From NCBI GenBank assembly GCA_031385045.1, contig JANNBC010000057.1, positions 1 through 45,504 of the forward strand: a stretch of 45,504 nucleotides of DNA, read 5' to 3'. A program made the translations under genes and the position numbers. This document shows, piece after piece, positions 1 to 9,406 of this stretch. Each line of letters starts with the position of its first letter. Within the stretch, counting starts at the first letter, position 1. The DNA comes from a bacterium. GTDB lineage: Bacteria > Bdellovibrionota_C > UBA2361 > CALJRW01. The notes beneath the pieces were generated by a model. That model did not search any database. It was not told the DNA's origin and worked only from the letters and a program-made list of their open reading frames with translations.

Positions 1-141
1 CCAGTATTACTAACTGGATCGAGAATTTCTACAATCCTAAGAGGATGCATTCTGCTTTGGGGTATTGTAGTCCTGATGAATTTGAACAAATTCATCACAA
101 AAGTTTATAGGGATTCTTGTCCAACATTTTGGCGAAGCTCA
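1..141 (+). mobile_element. Right end of an IS3-family insertion sequence (transposase C-terminus plus right terminal inverted repeat), truncated by the window edge
   Basis: Frame from nt 3 reads SITNWIENFYNPKRMHSALGYCSPDEFEQIHHKSL* (stop 108-110), the typical IS3 OrfB tail YN..R.HS.LGY.SP..FE. It is followed by TGTCCAACATTTTGGCGAAGCTCA (118-141), which ends in CA; its reverse complement TGAGCTTCGCCAAAATGTTGGACA resembles IS3-family termini. Confidence 0.85.
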
Positions 142-290
142 CAACCCTAGATAAGATCCTGAAGGAATACCGAGCTTCAGAAAGTAATGGATTAACAGTA
201 GATGAGAAAGCTGAACTTAAAAAGCTAAGAGAAGAAAATAGAATCCTAAAATTGGAGAAAGAGCTTTTAAAAAAGCGACGGTATACTCAT
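142..290 (+). pseudogene. Remnant of an IS3-family orfA (coiled-coil end plus A6G frameshift window)
   Basis: Translation ...LTVDEKAELKKLREENRILKLEKELLKK, then AAAAAAG (269-275) and GCG ACG GTA TAC (ATVY, shifted frame), matching the usual OrfA end 'LKKATxYF'. No orfB follows. Confidence 0.7.
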
Positions 291-731
291 GTTTATTCAG
301 ATTGGGCGGAGTTTTTAGAAATAAGCAAAGACTTAAATAAAGCAGCTACCTTTAAACAATCAAATCAAAATAAATTTAAAACAGCCACAAAACAGTTAGA
401 TCAAAGCTGTAAGGTTTTCTACAAAGATAATATTAAAAAAATCCGAGAAAGACATACATGCGACAGCAATTTCAGTCTAATCTTTGCTCCTATTATAGTA
501 ACAAATACTCCAATTTATACCTTTGATAGCAATGAAAATTGCGAACTTACAATTCAAGAAGAAATACCATGGTTTATTTACGAAAATCTAGATGCAAGAT
601 TTCCATTTGCTAGAATTCAGTACTGCGTAAATATTAATTATATTAACAATTTCCTAGCTTCACTTTTGGAAGACTTCAAAGGTGATGAGACTGATGATTT
701 ATTTCAGAGAATCTCAACCAAAAAGTTGTAA
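291..731 (+). pseudogene. Probable 3' remnant of an unknown gene, fused in frame to IS debris (the computed ORF 117..731 is chimeric)
   Basis: The ORF start lies inside the IS3 inverted repeat and its first ~55 aa are IS-derived. The rest is an unrecognised sequence with no evident start of its own. Confidence 0.4.
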
Positions 732-1352
732 TTAATCATGCCGATCACAAACCTGTGAACGTTGTTCTGCGGGTACAGTAAAAATCACAACTTGATTATC
801 GCCATTACAAGTGACCTTTACTTCTTTGGCATCTTCACAACGAATATTACTGCGAAGTGTCATTCGGTTAGGATTAGTAAAGCAACTATAGATTCCACCA
901 CAATATAGCTCGGAGTAACTACCATCTCTTAATTGAATAGAACAACCGCCTGTGAATAAAGTTCTAAACGAGGAATTAAAAAGCACAACAATGTTACCGT
1001 TGGTATCAGATTCAGGCTTCCAAAGATTACCATCAGCTCCATCAAGAAAATTTAGAGTTCTAGAACCAAAGTCTTCGCCATCTTCTCCTGGAGTTGAACT
1101 TGGAGTTTCTTCGGCTGGAGTTTCAGAGCCGTTATTGTTATTTTGGTTTCCACCGATGTGCACAACAAAGGGAGAATCACTTGAAGTTGTCGAGATATTC
1201 TGCGACCCACCATTAGCATTATTTAGAGCTTGAATTTCATTATAACTTAAAACATTGGACTCCATTGTAGAATCGGAGCTCGAATCTCCGCAACCTGAAA
1301 AAATATTTGTTGCAATCAGAAAAAAGAATGGCAATTGGAACTTAAATTTCAT
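732..1352 (-). CDS. Hypothetical lipoprotein with a low-complexity linker and Cys-rich C-terminal domain
   Basis: Signal peptide MKFKFQLPFFFLIATNIFSG-C (lipobox), Ser/Asn/Glu-rich linker, six further Cys in the C-terminal ~90 aa. Confidence 0.75.
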   Translation of the reverse strand: MKFKFQLPFFFLIATNIFSGCGDSSSDSTMESNVLSYNEIQALNNANGGSQNISTTSSDSPFVVHIGGNQNNNNGSETPAEETPSSTPGEDGEDFGSRTLNFLDGADGNLWKPESDTNGNIVVLFNSSFRTLFTGGCSIQLRDGSYSELYCGGIYSCFTNPNRMTLRSNIRCEDAKEVKVTCNGDNQVVIFTVPAEQRSQVCDRHD

Positions 1353-1448
1353 AGAAAAATTTGAATAGAATTAAATATTAATAGTACAGGAAAATATCAT
1401 GAATAGATTTATTAGCAAGATTTAGTTAATAAATCGCTAACTTTTTTA

Positions 1449-2828
1449 CTAAATCTTAATTTCTTGCAGGTATTCAGCAATAAAAACATCCCACCCAAAC
1501 TCAGCCACTAAGAGTCCTTTTAAAACGGCGGCGGACTCTGGCTCACCATGGACAATGGCAACTCGTTTTGGCGTCCCTTTACAACTTCGACACCAACGCA
1601 ATAATTCGTGCTGATCAGCATGAGCACTTAGTCCACCAATAGTTGCAATTTCGGCGCGAACTGGAACCCGGTTATTAAAAATAGAAACCGTATCAGCTCC
1701 AGATTGGATAATATCCCCGCGACTCCCAGGTGGCTGATAACCGACAAATAGTACGGTGTTTTTGCGATCATCAATTCTACGAACTAAGTGATGAAGTACT
1801 CGTCCCCCAGTTAACATTCCGCTGGCAGCAATAATCACCATTGGCTCATCAATATTATTTAACTGCATTGATGCTTTGCGATCACTGGTGAAAGCTAATT
1901 TAGGAAAAACAAAGGGGCCTTTCCCATCTTTTTTAATCCCTAAAATATCCTCATCATACTCACTTGGGTGATTTCGATAAATTTCGGTCGCATCACTGGC
2001 CATTGGACTATCAACAACTACAGGCAAATCAGCAATTTTATTCTCTGCTTTTAGTTCTCGGATTAAATAAAGCAATAACTGTGCTCGCCCAACGGCAAAA
2101 CTTGGGATAATCACCGTACCACCTCGTTGATAAGTCCGATTAATGACATCAGCTAAAATCTGTTTTGGATCTCCATCCTTATGATTGCGATCTCCATAAG
2201 TTGACTCCAACAATAATAAGTCCCCGAACTGCATCGGAGATGGATCAACTAGAATTGGAGTGCCATAACGTCCAATGTCACCAGAGAAATTAATTACCTT
2301 ATCTTGATAACGCAGAGTTACATGACCAGCACCAATAATATGACCAGCTCTTTGGTATTTAATAAAGATTCCTGGGAAAATTTCTTTTTCTTGCTCAAAA
2401 CTCTGCTTCTTTAAAAGCTTCAAAGCTTTTTCAGCATCCTTAATTGTATATAGCGGAAGCGGAGGCTTATGTTTAGAAGTCCCAAGCTTAGCACGGTAAT
2501 GCGCATCTTCCTCTTGCAGGTAAGCAGCATCTAATAATAATAAATGACACAGGTCCGCCGTTGCTGGAGTTGCATAGACAGGGCATTTTAACCCCTCGGC
2601 AACAAAGCGTGGCAAGATCCCAATATGATCTATATGAGCGTGGGTTAAAACAACAGCATCAACTTTAGATAAATCGAAATCAGGAAGAATCCAATTCTTC
2701 TCGCGCCATTGTTTTGGCCCCTGGAACATTCCCGCGTCAATTAATAAGGTCTTATCACCCACTTCTAATAAATACTTAGAACCAGTAACTGTGCCTGCTG
2801 CGCCGAGAAACTTTAAAGATATCGACAT
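1449..2828 (-). CDS. Metallo-beta-lactamase/beta-CASP family nuclease (YSH1-like RNA-processing type)
   Basis: FLGAAGTVTGS, THAHIDH (HxHxDH), AGHIIG, FSGDIG, ESTYG, PSFAVGRAQ, LSAHAD and VHGE motifs. Likely start is ATG 2828 (MSISLKFLG). Confidence 0.92.
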   Translation of the reverse strand: MSISLKFLGAAGTVTGSKYLLEVGDKTLLIDAGMFQGPKQWREKNWILPDFDLSKVDAVVLTHAHIDHIGILPRFVAEGLKCPVYATPATADLCHLLLLDAAYLQEEDAHYRAKLGTSKHKPPLPLYTIKDAEKALKLLKKQSFEQEKEIFPGIFIKYQRAGHIIGAGHVTLRYQDKVINFSGDIGRYGTPILVDPSPMQFGDLLLLESTYGDRNHKDGDPKQILADVINRTYQRGGTVIIPSFAVGRAQLLLYLIRELKAENKIADLPVVVDSPMASDATEIYRNHPSEYDEDILGIKKDGKGPFVFPKLAFTSDRKASMQLNNIDEPMVIIAASGMLTGGRVLHHLVRRIDDRKNTVLFVGYQPPGSRGDIIQSGADTVSIFNNRVPVRAEIATIGGLSAHADQHELLRWCRSCKGTPKRVAIVHGEPESAAVLKGLLVAEFGWDVFIAEYLQEIKI

Positions 2829-2895
2829 AAGACTAAATGAAGAGAAAGGATTAAGATCTGAATAGGCTCCGCGAAGGTAATTAGGAACCTTTGAA

Positions 2896-2920
2896 GGCTT
2901 GGCCAAAGAATGGCCAAGCC
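2896..2920 (-). terminator. Hairpin downstream of the HU gene, possible terminator
   Basis: GGCTTGGCCA-aagaa-TGGCCAAGCC perfect 10-bp stem, but only a weak U-tract. Confidence 0.4.
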
Positions 2921-2955
2921 CCAGTTTTTACACTGAGTAGATTACTACCATAGTA

Positions 2956-3405
2956 TTAAAGAACCGCGTCTTTTAATACTTTAGCTGGTGTAAATCGAAC
3001 TCTCTTCTTAGAAGGGATGTTGATTACAGCACCAGTTGCTGGATTACGTCCGACTCTTGCTTTAGTCTTACGAACATACAGCTTACCTAAACCTAGAAGA
3101 GGTAGTTTATAACCTTTTTTCAAAGCGTCAGTAATGAACTCTAGAAGCCCATCACAAATATCTTTAGCTTCAGAACGCTTTTCGATGCCACAAAAACCTT
3201 GAACCGAATTGATGAACTCAGACTGCGTGTAACTTAAAGAAGCTCCATTCTTTGGCTTTGGAGCCTTAGCAAGTTTTGGTGCTTTTTTTGGTGCAGGCGC
3301 TGGCTTGGCAACAGCTTTAGGAGCTGGAGCTTTCTTAGCAACAACTTTCTTAGCTGGAGCTTTAGCCGGAGCTTTTTTAGCAGCTGGTTTTTTCTTAGCT
3401 GGCAT
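2956..3405 (-). CDS. HU/IHF-family DNA-binding protein with an N-terminal Lys/Ala/Pro-rich (histone H1-like) extension
   Basis: C-terminal LGLGKLYVRKTKARVGRNPATGAVINIPSKKRVRFTPAKVLKDAV; N-terminal PAKK/APAK repeats; AAGGAG Shine-Dalgarno upstream. Confidence 0.92.
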   Translation of the reverse strand: MPAKKKPAAKKAPAKAPAKKVVAKKAPAPKAVAKPAPAPKKAPKLAKAPKPKNGASLSYTQSEFINSVQGFCGIEKRSEAKDICDGLLEFITDALKKGYKLPLLGLGKLYVRKTKARVGRNPATGAVINIPSKKRVRFTPAKVLKDAVL

Positions 3406-3762
3406 AGTGTTTCTCCTTAGAAAACAATTTAAACATACAGGTACTCAAAAAGTAGAAATACCTGAAAAACTTCTGAAAACCCTATAAAATAAGGCTTATC
3501 GTAAGTCGATCCCATATTAATTACACTTTCGATCTTTTCGCAAGTGTTTTTTTTTAAATATTTTGTATGTGAGAGTGAGTTTTTATGAAATTTTGATTAA
3601 TTGCTGATAGCAAAATTTGAGAAAGAGGATTTTTCCTCTTGTTATTTACTAGGGATTTCTTAACGGCCTGGTAAAAAACTGCAAGCTTGGCATCACTTCG
3701 TCTGGCTTTAGGGATTGGCGTATTCCCTAAGCATTAGCTTTATTAAATATGACTAAGTAAAC

Positions 3763-5193
3763 TTAGATGATTGATAATAAGTAATCAAAAATCCTACTAG
3801 GGAAAGCTGTGTAATAGAATAGTGTGAATACTAAAACAAAAACACTAATCGCCTTTGTCTTGGTAACATACAGCGGGCTAACAAGACTTTCCTCAGTTCG
3901 AGTGATGGCTATAGTAATCAACTTAAAATAGTAATAACAACCAAGCACCGTACCAAGAAGTATCACACAAGCTAATCCAAGATAACCGGCAGAAAGCAAG
4001 GCTTTTAGCACAAAGACTTTGGCTAATAACGCGAAAAAAATTGGTGGTAGACCAGCAAGTGAGAGCATTACTAAGATAAAGACTGTTCCAATTAGGGGGG
4101 AGCGATAAATTAGCCCCTCTAAGTGTTTTAATGGGACACTAGATTCTTCTTCTAATAAATCTAAAATTGTAAATGTAAGCAAGGATAAGATTGTATAGAA
4201 TACCAGATAGGCATAGAAAGCTTGTTGAAAAAGCTCTAGCTTTGGCTCTAAAAACCCGATGCTAAAGTAGGCCGTGTGGGCAATTGCTGAATAAGCAAGC
4301 ATTCGCTTGGCATCTTTTTGAACAATAGCTAATAAATTACCAACAATAATTGAAAGTACAATGATTAACCAAAATAGCTTATTAAAACTTCCGATCAAAT
4401 CAATAAAGACTTCCGAAATTAACAAAAAACTAGCAACAGCAACGGCAAACTTAACAACCCCTGCTAGGTAATTAGTCGTTGCAGACTCGGCGGATTGATA
4501 AACATCAGCTACCCAATAATGAAAGGGAACTAAACCAAGCTTGAGTGAAAGACCCATGATCCAGAATCCTAAACTTAATAAGACTACGGGACGATCTGCT
4601 TTTAAGAGCAAAGTACGAATAACTTCAAAATCAAGCGAAGCTGTAACCCCATAAAGCGTTGCAAAGCTAAATAGAATCAAACAGGAACCAAGCGCACCTT
4701 GAATTAGATATTTAATTGCAGCTTCTGTTGAAGCTTTCGAGCTGAGATTGGCACCGACTAAGGCATAAGAGGAGATCGCTAGAATCTCGAGGGATAGATA
4801 CCAAGTCAGCAGATTTTGCGAGGCAAGAAGCACATAACCACCACTAGTTGCAAAAAAGATTAGGGCAACCTTCTCTCCCAAGCCTAATTTTACCTGATAC
4901 TTCACCTCAGAAAAATTAAGTGTAGAAAGATAGGCAATAATTAATAAGACAAGCTGGGCAAATAAAACGATCGCTTGGTTAGCAAAAAATCCTGTGACCC
5001 CATGCTTACAGTCAGAACTATATAACATCCACTGCCAAAAGATTGCTGGCAAAAAGAAAAGACTAGATAAAATAACGACTGGAAATTTACCACTTGGAGC
5101 CGTAGCTCGCAGCATTGACCATAATCCACCAATAACTAACAAAGCTACGGGCGCAATTTCAAATAAGCTAGGGAAATTTACACTACTATTCAT
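3763..5193 (-). CDS. nuoN: NADH-quinone oxidoreductase subunit N
   Basis: Multi-TM protein with STEAAIKYLIQG, KLGLVPFHYWVADVY, KRMLAYSAIAH and SLAGLPP; last gene after nuoM. Confidence 0.93.
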   Translation of the reverse strand: MNSSVNFPSLFEIAPVALLVIGGLWSMLRATAPSGKFPVVILSSLFFLPAIFWQWMLYSSDCKHGVTGFFANQAIVLFAQLVLLIIAYLSTLNFSEVKYQVKLGLGEKVALIFFATSGGYVLLASQNLLTWYLSLEILAISSYALVGANLSSKASTEAAIKYLIQGALGSCLILFSFATLYGVTASLDFEVIRTLLLKADRPVVLLSLGFWIMGLSLKLGLVPFHYWVADVYQSAESATTNYLAGVVKFAVAVASFLLISEVFIDLIGSFNKLFWLIIVLSIIVGNLLAIVQKDAKRMLAYSAIAHTAYFSIGFLEPKLELFQQAFYAYLVFYTILSLLTFTILDLLEEESSVPLKHLEGLIYRSPLIGTVFILVMLSLAGLPPIFFALLAKVFVLKALLSAGYLGLACVILLGTVLGCYYYFKLITIAITRTEESLVSPLYVTKTKAISVFVLVFTLFYYTAFPSRIFDYLLSII

Positions 5194-6736
5194 GAGGGAT
5201 AACTTGTAAATTTGCTAAAACTAAACCTTCCGATAACTTTTTATCTTTCGGATTTCCAATAATTTCTAAGATTTCGCTTGGACTGGCACTAAGCTGATTC
5301 TTAGCAATTACGCCTAATAAATCAGTGGCAAAGCGTGGCAGAACACCTAAAATTAAAATTAAGACTAACAGAGATGCAAGTGAAATGCGTTCATTTGGAT
5401 CTAAATCATCAAAGTCCTCAGTCATCGGCTCGCCAAAAAGAATCTGCTGACAAAAGCCCAGCATGTAGACTGCTCCCAAGATTACTCCTAATAATGCAAA
5501 GCAAGTAATAATTGGGAACTTGGCAAAAGAAGCTGCTAGAACCTGAAACTCACCGACAAAACTAATTGTTAAAGGTAGAGAAATTGAAGCCAATGAAAAG
5601 CAAATTACAAAGAAGCTAAAAACTGGGGCTTTACTAGCAAGTCCCCGAAAATCAGTAATCAACTCACCTGACTGTCGACGCTCCATAGCATAAGCAATTG
5701 TGAATAAACCGACAGCGATTAAAATATGCGAAAAGATTTGCAGTAGTCCACCACTTACTCCGCTAGGATTTAATGTAGCTAAACCTAAGATACTAAAACC
5801 AACGTGTGAAATTGAAGCGTAGGCCATTAAGCCTCGAATTGATTTGGAACGCCAAGCTAACAAGGCACCATAGACAATACCAATAGTTGCTAAGACTGCT
5901 AACGTTGGAGCAAATTCTGCAAATGCCTGTGGGAATAATCCCAGATTAAATCTAAACAATCCATAAATCCCCGCTTGAAATAGTAAGCCAGCAAAAATAA
6001 TTGCTAGTCCTTTTGGGGCATTAGAATAAGTTGCTGGAAGCCAAGTATGAAAAGGAAAAATTGGTGACTTAACAGCAAAAGCAACAAAGAAGCCAAGGAA
6101 TAAGATCCGCTGTTCATTAAGAGTAAAAGTATGATTTAGAAGATCCACTAACTCTAGGGAGAAAACCCCTTCAGCCTGAAAATAACTATAACCAGCATAA
6201 ATTATTGCTAGTAATAAACACAAACTACCCGCTAAGGTATAAAGTAAAAATTGATAGGCGGCTTTTTTTGCCTCAGAACTACCATAAGTAGTCATTAGAT
6301 AAAAAATTGGGAAAAGCATTAGCTCGTAAAAGAAATAGAACACCAACAGATTTACTGAAATAAGCAATCCGATTAATGAAGTTTCAATCAATAATAAGCA
6401 GGCATAGAATCCGGCCGACTGTTCGCGATTTAAGAGTCCGTAAATTAGGAAAACAAAAGCGGTAAATAAAATTGCTAAGTAGCTTAAGCCATCGGCATAA
6501 AAACTAAAATTAATCCCCATCGATGGGAACCAACTAAAATGTACTAACCCTGTCTCTCCTAACAATAAGGCTGATGGTACAAAGAAAGAAACTGCGACAA
6601 CTGCCCAAGTAACAAAGTTATACATCCAAGCAGGAGTTAACTCACAAAATTTTCCTGCCTTTAGAAACAAACAGATTGCCCCAAGTATCGGAGTAAGAAG
6701 TAAGACCTGTAAAACAATACTAAGATTAAAATTCAT
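5186..6736 (-). CDS. nuoM: NADH-quinone oxidoreductase subunit M
   Basis: FYFFYELMLFP, FLLYTLAGS, AFAVKSPIFPFHTWLP and SFVGEF motifs; lies between nuoL and nuoN. Confidence 0.93.
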   Translation of the reverse strand: MNFNLSIVLQVLLLTPILGAICLFLKAGKFCELTPAWMYNFVTWAVVAVSFFVPSALLLGETGLVHFSWFPSMGINFSFYADGLSYLAILFTAFVFLIYGLLNREQSAGFYACLLLIETSLIGLLISVNLLVFYFFYELMLFPIFYLMTTYGSSEAKKAAYQFLLYTLAGSLCLLLAIIYAGYSYFQAEGVFSLELVDLLNHTFTLNEQRILFLGFFVAFAVKSPIFPFHTWLPATYSNAPKGLAIIFAGLLFQAGIYGLFRFNLGLFPQAFAEFAPTLAVLATIGIVYGALLAWRSKSIRGLMAYASISHVGFSILGLATLNPSGVSGGLLQIFSHILIAVGLFTIAYAMERRQSGELITDFRGLASKAPVFSFFVICFSLASISLPLTISFVGEFQVLAASFAKFPIITCFALLGVILGAVYMLGFCQQILFGEPMTEDFDDLDPNERISLASLLVLILILGVLPRFATDLLGVIAKNQLSASPSEILEIIGNPKDKKLSEGLVLANLQVIPHE

Positions 6737-6740
6737 GGAA

Positions 6741-8585
6741 TTAGATCAAAACTGTAAAAAATATGAGCACTAAAACAGCAATCAAACTTAGTGCGGAGTA
6801 CAATCGAATCTGTCCATTATGAATTAAGCTAAGACTCTTAGAGCTAATCAAAGTTGTAGCAGAAAGTGCACTAATGGTCGTCTTGATAGTTGCTGTTTCA
6901 ATCAAAGAGTCCAGTAAAGAAGCTAATTTATTAAATGGCACTGCTACTAAAACATAATAAATTTCATCAACAAAAAACTTATGTCGTGGGAAAAACAAAA
7001 GAACCTTGGCTAAATTCTGATAGCCAATCAAAATTGGTGTTAAAACGATTGTCAAAACTAAAACAACTATTGGCAAAATCGAATGGGCTAAGCCTTCACT
7101 AAGAGTATCAGGTTTGATCGCAAATTCTTTAATCGCTGGGGATAGAAACTGCCCTAAAGTTTCAGGCATAATAAATCCAGCAATCACAGTTAAAACTGCC
7201 AACACGGCAATCGGAAAATTCATTAGTATACTTGGAGCGTGCAGATGTTCTAAGTCAGACTTCGGCTTGGCTAAAAATACTAAGTAGAAAGACCTTGTCA
7301 TATAGACAACTGTTAACATAGAAATCACAGTTAACAGCCAAGAGAAACTTCCTAAATAACCAGCATCCTTAACGGCCAAAAGAATTTCATGTTTTGAAAA
7401 ATAACCAGCTAGTGGATAAATTGCTGAGATTGCCAGTGTACAAATTAAATAAACCACAAAAGTCACTGGTAGCTTTTTCCAAAGTCCACCCATTTTATGA
7501 ACTGACTGCTCACCATGGAGAGCATGAATAATGTTACCAGCAGAAAGAAATAATCCAGCCTTAAAAAAGGCATGGGTTGCAACATGAAACAAAGCGATAC
7601 CATAAGCACCAGAAGCAACTGCCATAAACATTAACCCCAGCTGGCTCACAGTTGAGTAAGCTAAGATTTTTTTCAAATCGCTTTGAGCAACCGCGATTAA
7701 ACCAGCCATTAAACAAGTGACCGTTGCAATAATAAAAATCAAATGTTGTAACATCGGAAAGGCGTCAAACAAGTAAGACATCCGACTCATCAGATATACA
7801 CCAGCAGTAACCATTGTCGCGGCGTGAATCAGGGCGGAAACTGGAGTTGGACCAGCCATAGCATCTGGTAACCAGACATAAAGTGGGATTTGCGCGGACT
7901 TACCAGTCACAGCAATAAACAATCCGAGTGCCGCTAAATAAAGATAAGGTTGAAAAGCACCATTGATTAATAGACTTTGCTCAATCCTTAAGAATTCAAC
8001 TTCCCCGATTCCAAATAGCAAACAAAAGATAGCTAGTAATAGTCCAGCATCCCCAATGCGGTTAAAGATAAAAGCTTTTTTACCAGCTTTGGCATAATCT
8101 AAATTCTTAAACCAAAATGAAATGAGCAGGTAAGAACAAAGCCCAACCCCTTCCCAACCAATAAATAAGACTAACAAGTTATTAGCTAGAACTAGCAATA
8201 ACATAAAGAAAATAAAGAGATTTAGATAAGCAAAGAATCTTGGTCGCGAATCATCTTCGGACATGTACCCAATGGAATACAGATGAATTAAACTCCCAAC
8301 TCCAGTAATAATCAGACACATGAATAAGGATAGACTATCCCATAGTAAGGCAAAATTAATGTCGATGTTATTAAAACTAAACCAAGAAAAAAGGTTAACA
8401 GTTAAGCTTTGCGTCGAATCAAGAAAGATACTCTGCCCGGCAAGTAAGGTTGCTACAAAACTTGCCACGCAAGCAATTGTGGCTAGCGGTCCACTAACGC
8501 TCGGTGACTGCCGACCAATTAAGTACACAAGCAAAGATCCCAAAAGCGGGATTAATAGGACAAATGTTAAATAAGTTGAAACCAA
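6741..8585 (-). CDS. nuoL: NADH-quinone oxidoreductase subunit L
   Basis: IHLYSIGYM, FIGWEGVGLCSYLLI, NRIGD, GKSAQIPLYVWLPDAMAGPTPVSALIHAATMV and HAFFK motifs. Confidence 0.97.
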   Translation of the reverse strand: MVSTYLTFVLLIPLLGSLLVYLIGRQSPSVSGPLATIACVASFVATLLAGQSIFLDSTQSLTVNLFSWFSFNNIDINFALLWDSLSLFMCLIITGVGSLIHLYSIGYMSEDDSRPRFFAYLNLFIFFMLLLVLANNLLVLFIGWEGVGLCSYLLISFWFKNLDYAKAGKKAFIFNRIGDAGLLLAIFCLLFGIGEVEFLRIEQSLLINGAFQPYLYLAALGLFIAVTGKSAQIPLYVWLPDAMAGPTPVSALIHAATMVTAGVYLMSRMSYLFDAFPMLQHLIFIIATVTCLMAGLIAVAQSDLKKILAYSTVSQLGLMFMAVASGAYGIALFHVATHAFFKAGLFLSAGNIIHALHGEQSVHKMGGLWKKLPVTFVVYLICTLAISAIYPLAGYFSKHEILLAVKDAGYLGSFSWLLTVISMLTVVYMTRSFYLVFLAKPKSDLEHLHAPSILMNFPIAVLAVLTVIAGFIMPETLGQFLSPAIKEFAIKPDTLSEGLAHSILPIVVLVLTIVLTPILIGYQNLAKVLLFFPRHKFFVDEIYYVLVAVPFNKLASLLDSLIETATIKTTISALSATTLISSKSLSLIHNGQIRLYSALSLIAVLVLIFFTVLI

Positions 8586-8586
8586 A

Positions 8587-8886
8587 CTAACCTCTTAAAT
8601 TATTTATTTCCTTAGTATCTAAGGATTTAAAATGTTTAAAAATACTAATAACTAACGCCAAGCCAACTGCTACTTCACAAGCAGCTAAGACCATTACAAA
8701 GATCACAAGAATCTGGCCATCTAAATTATTATTATAATGAGAGAAACTGACTAACAGTAAGTTAATCGCATTTAGCATTAATTCGATACACATCAGTGAA
8801 ACAATTAAATTTCTGCGAAGCACTAGACCAATAGCTCCAAGGGTGAAGATTGTGGTAGAAACTAAAATGAGTAAGTTTAAATTCAT
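8587..8886 (-). CDS. nuoK: NADH-quinone oxidoreductase subunit K
   Basis: 99 aa, three TM segments, RRNLIVSLMCIELMLNA and AACEVAVGLA. Confidence 0.96.
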   Translation of the reverse strand: MNLNLLILVSTTIFTLGAIGLVLRRNLIVSLMCIELMLNAINLLLVSFSHYNNNLDGQILVIFVMVLAACEVAVGLALVISIFKHFKSLDTKEINNLRG

Positions 8887-8891
8887 AAGAA

Positions 8892-9398
8892 TTAATGCTT
8901 TTTAGAATTAGACTTGGCAATTAAAACAGCCCCAGTTAAGGCTGAAAGAATAACCACTGAGGCTAACTCAAACGTAAAAATGTATTTCGTAAAAAGTAAT
9001 TTACCAATTCGCTCAACAGTACCAGCTAAGACTTCTTGCTGCATTGTTGGTGAGGTAATGGAAATACCAGATAATTGGATCCAAAAAAGATAAGTAAAAA
9101 CTGGCAACAACACTAGCGTGGCCAAGCCCCAAACAAACTTACTCCGATGAATTTCATATCCGCTACCAACATTTAGCAACATAATCACAAATAGGACCAA
9201 GACCATAATTGCCCCAGCATAAACTGCTAGCTGAATCATGGCGATAAAATGAGCATCAAGTAAAACAAATAGACCGGCAATACCAACCATACAAACGACT
9301 AGCGACAGAGCGCTATTAATTGGATTCTTAAAAATCAACACCGAGATCGCTGAGGCGATACAGAGTCCAGATAAGAAATAAAAAATTATCGTTTCCAT
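8892..9398 (-). CDS. nuoJ: NADH-quinone oxidoreductase subunit J
   Basis: NPINSAL, QLAVYAGAIMVLVLFVIMLL and FELASVVIL motifs. Confidence 0.95.
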   Translation of the reverse strand: METIIFYFLSGLCIASAISVLIFKNPINSALSLVVCMVGIAGLFVLLDAHFIAMIQLAVYAGAIMVLVLFVIMLLNVGSGYEIHRSKFVWGLATLVLLPVFTYLFWIQLSGISITSPTMQQEVLAGTVERIGKLLFTKYIFTFELASVVILSALTGAVLIAKSNSKKH

Positions 9399-9406
9399 TA
9401 AATTCT

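Noticed and set aside
117..731. 204-aa ORF as a genuine intact gene
   Set aside because: It starts at a TTG within the IS3 inverted repeat and its N-terminus is IS orfA debris.
3706..3732. Hairpin after nuoN as a terminator
   Set aside because: Short 7-bp stem with a long loop and no adjacent U-tract; too weak to call.
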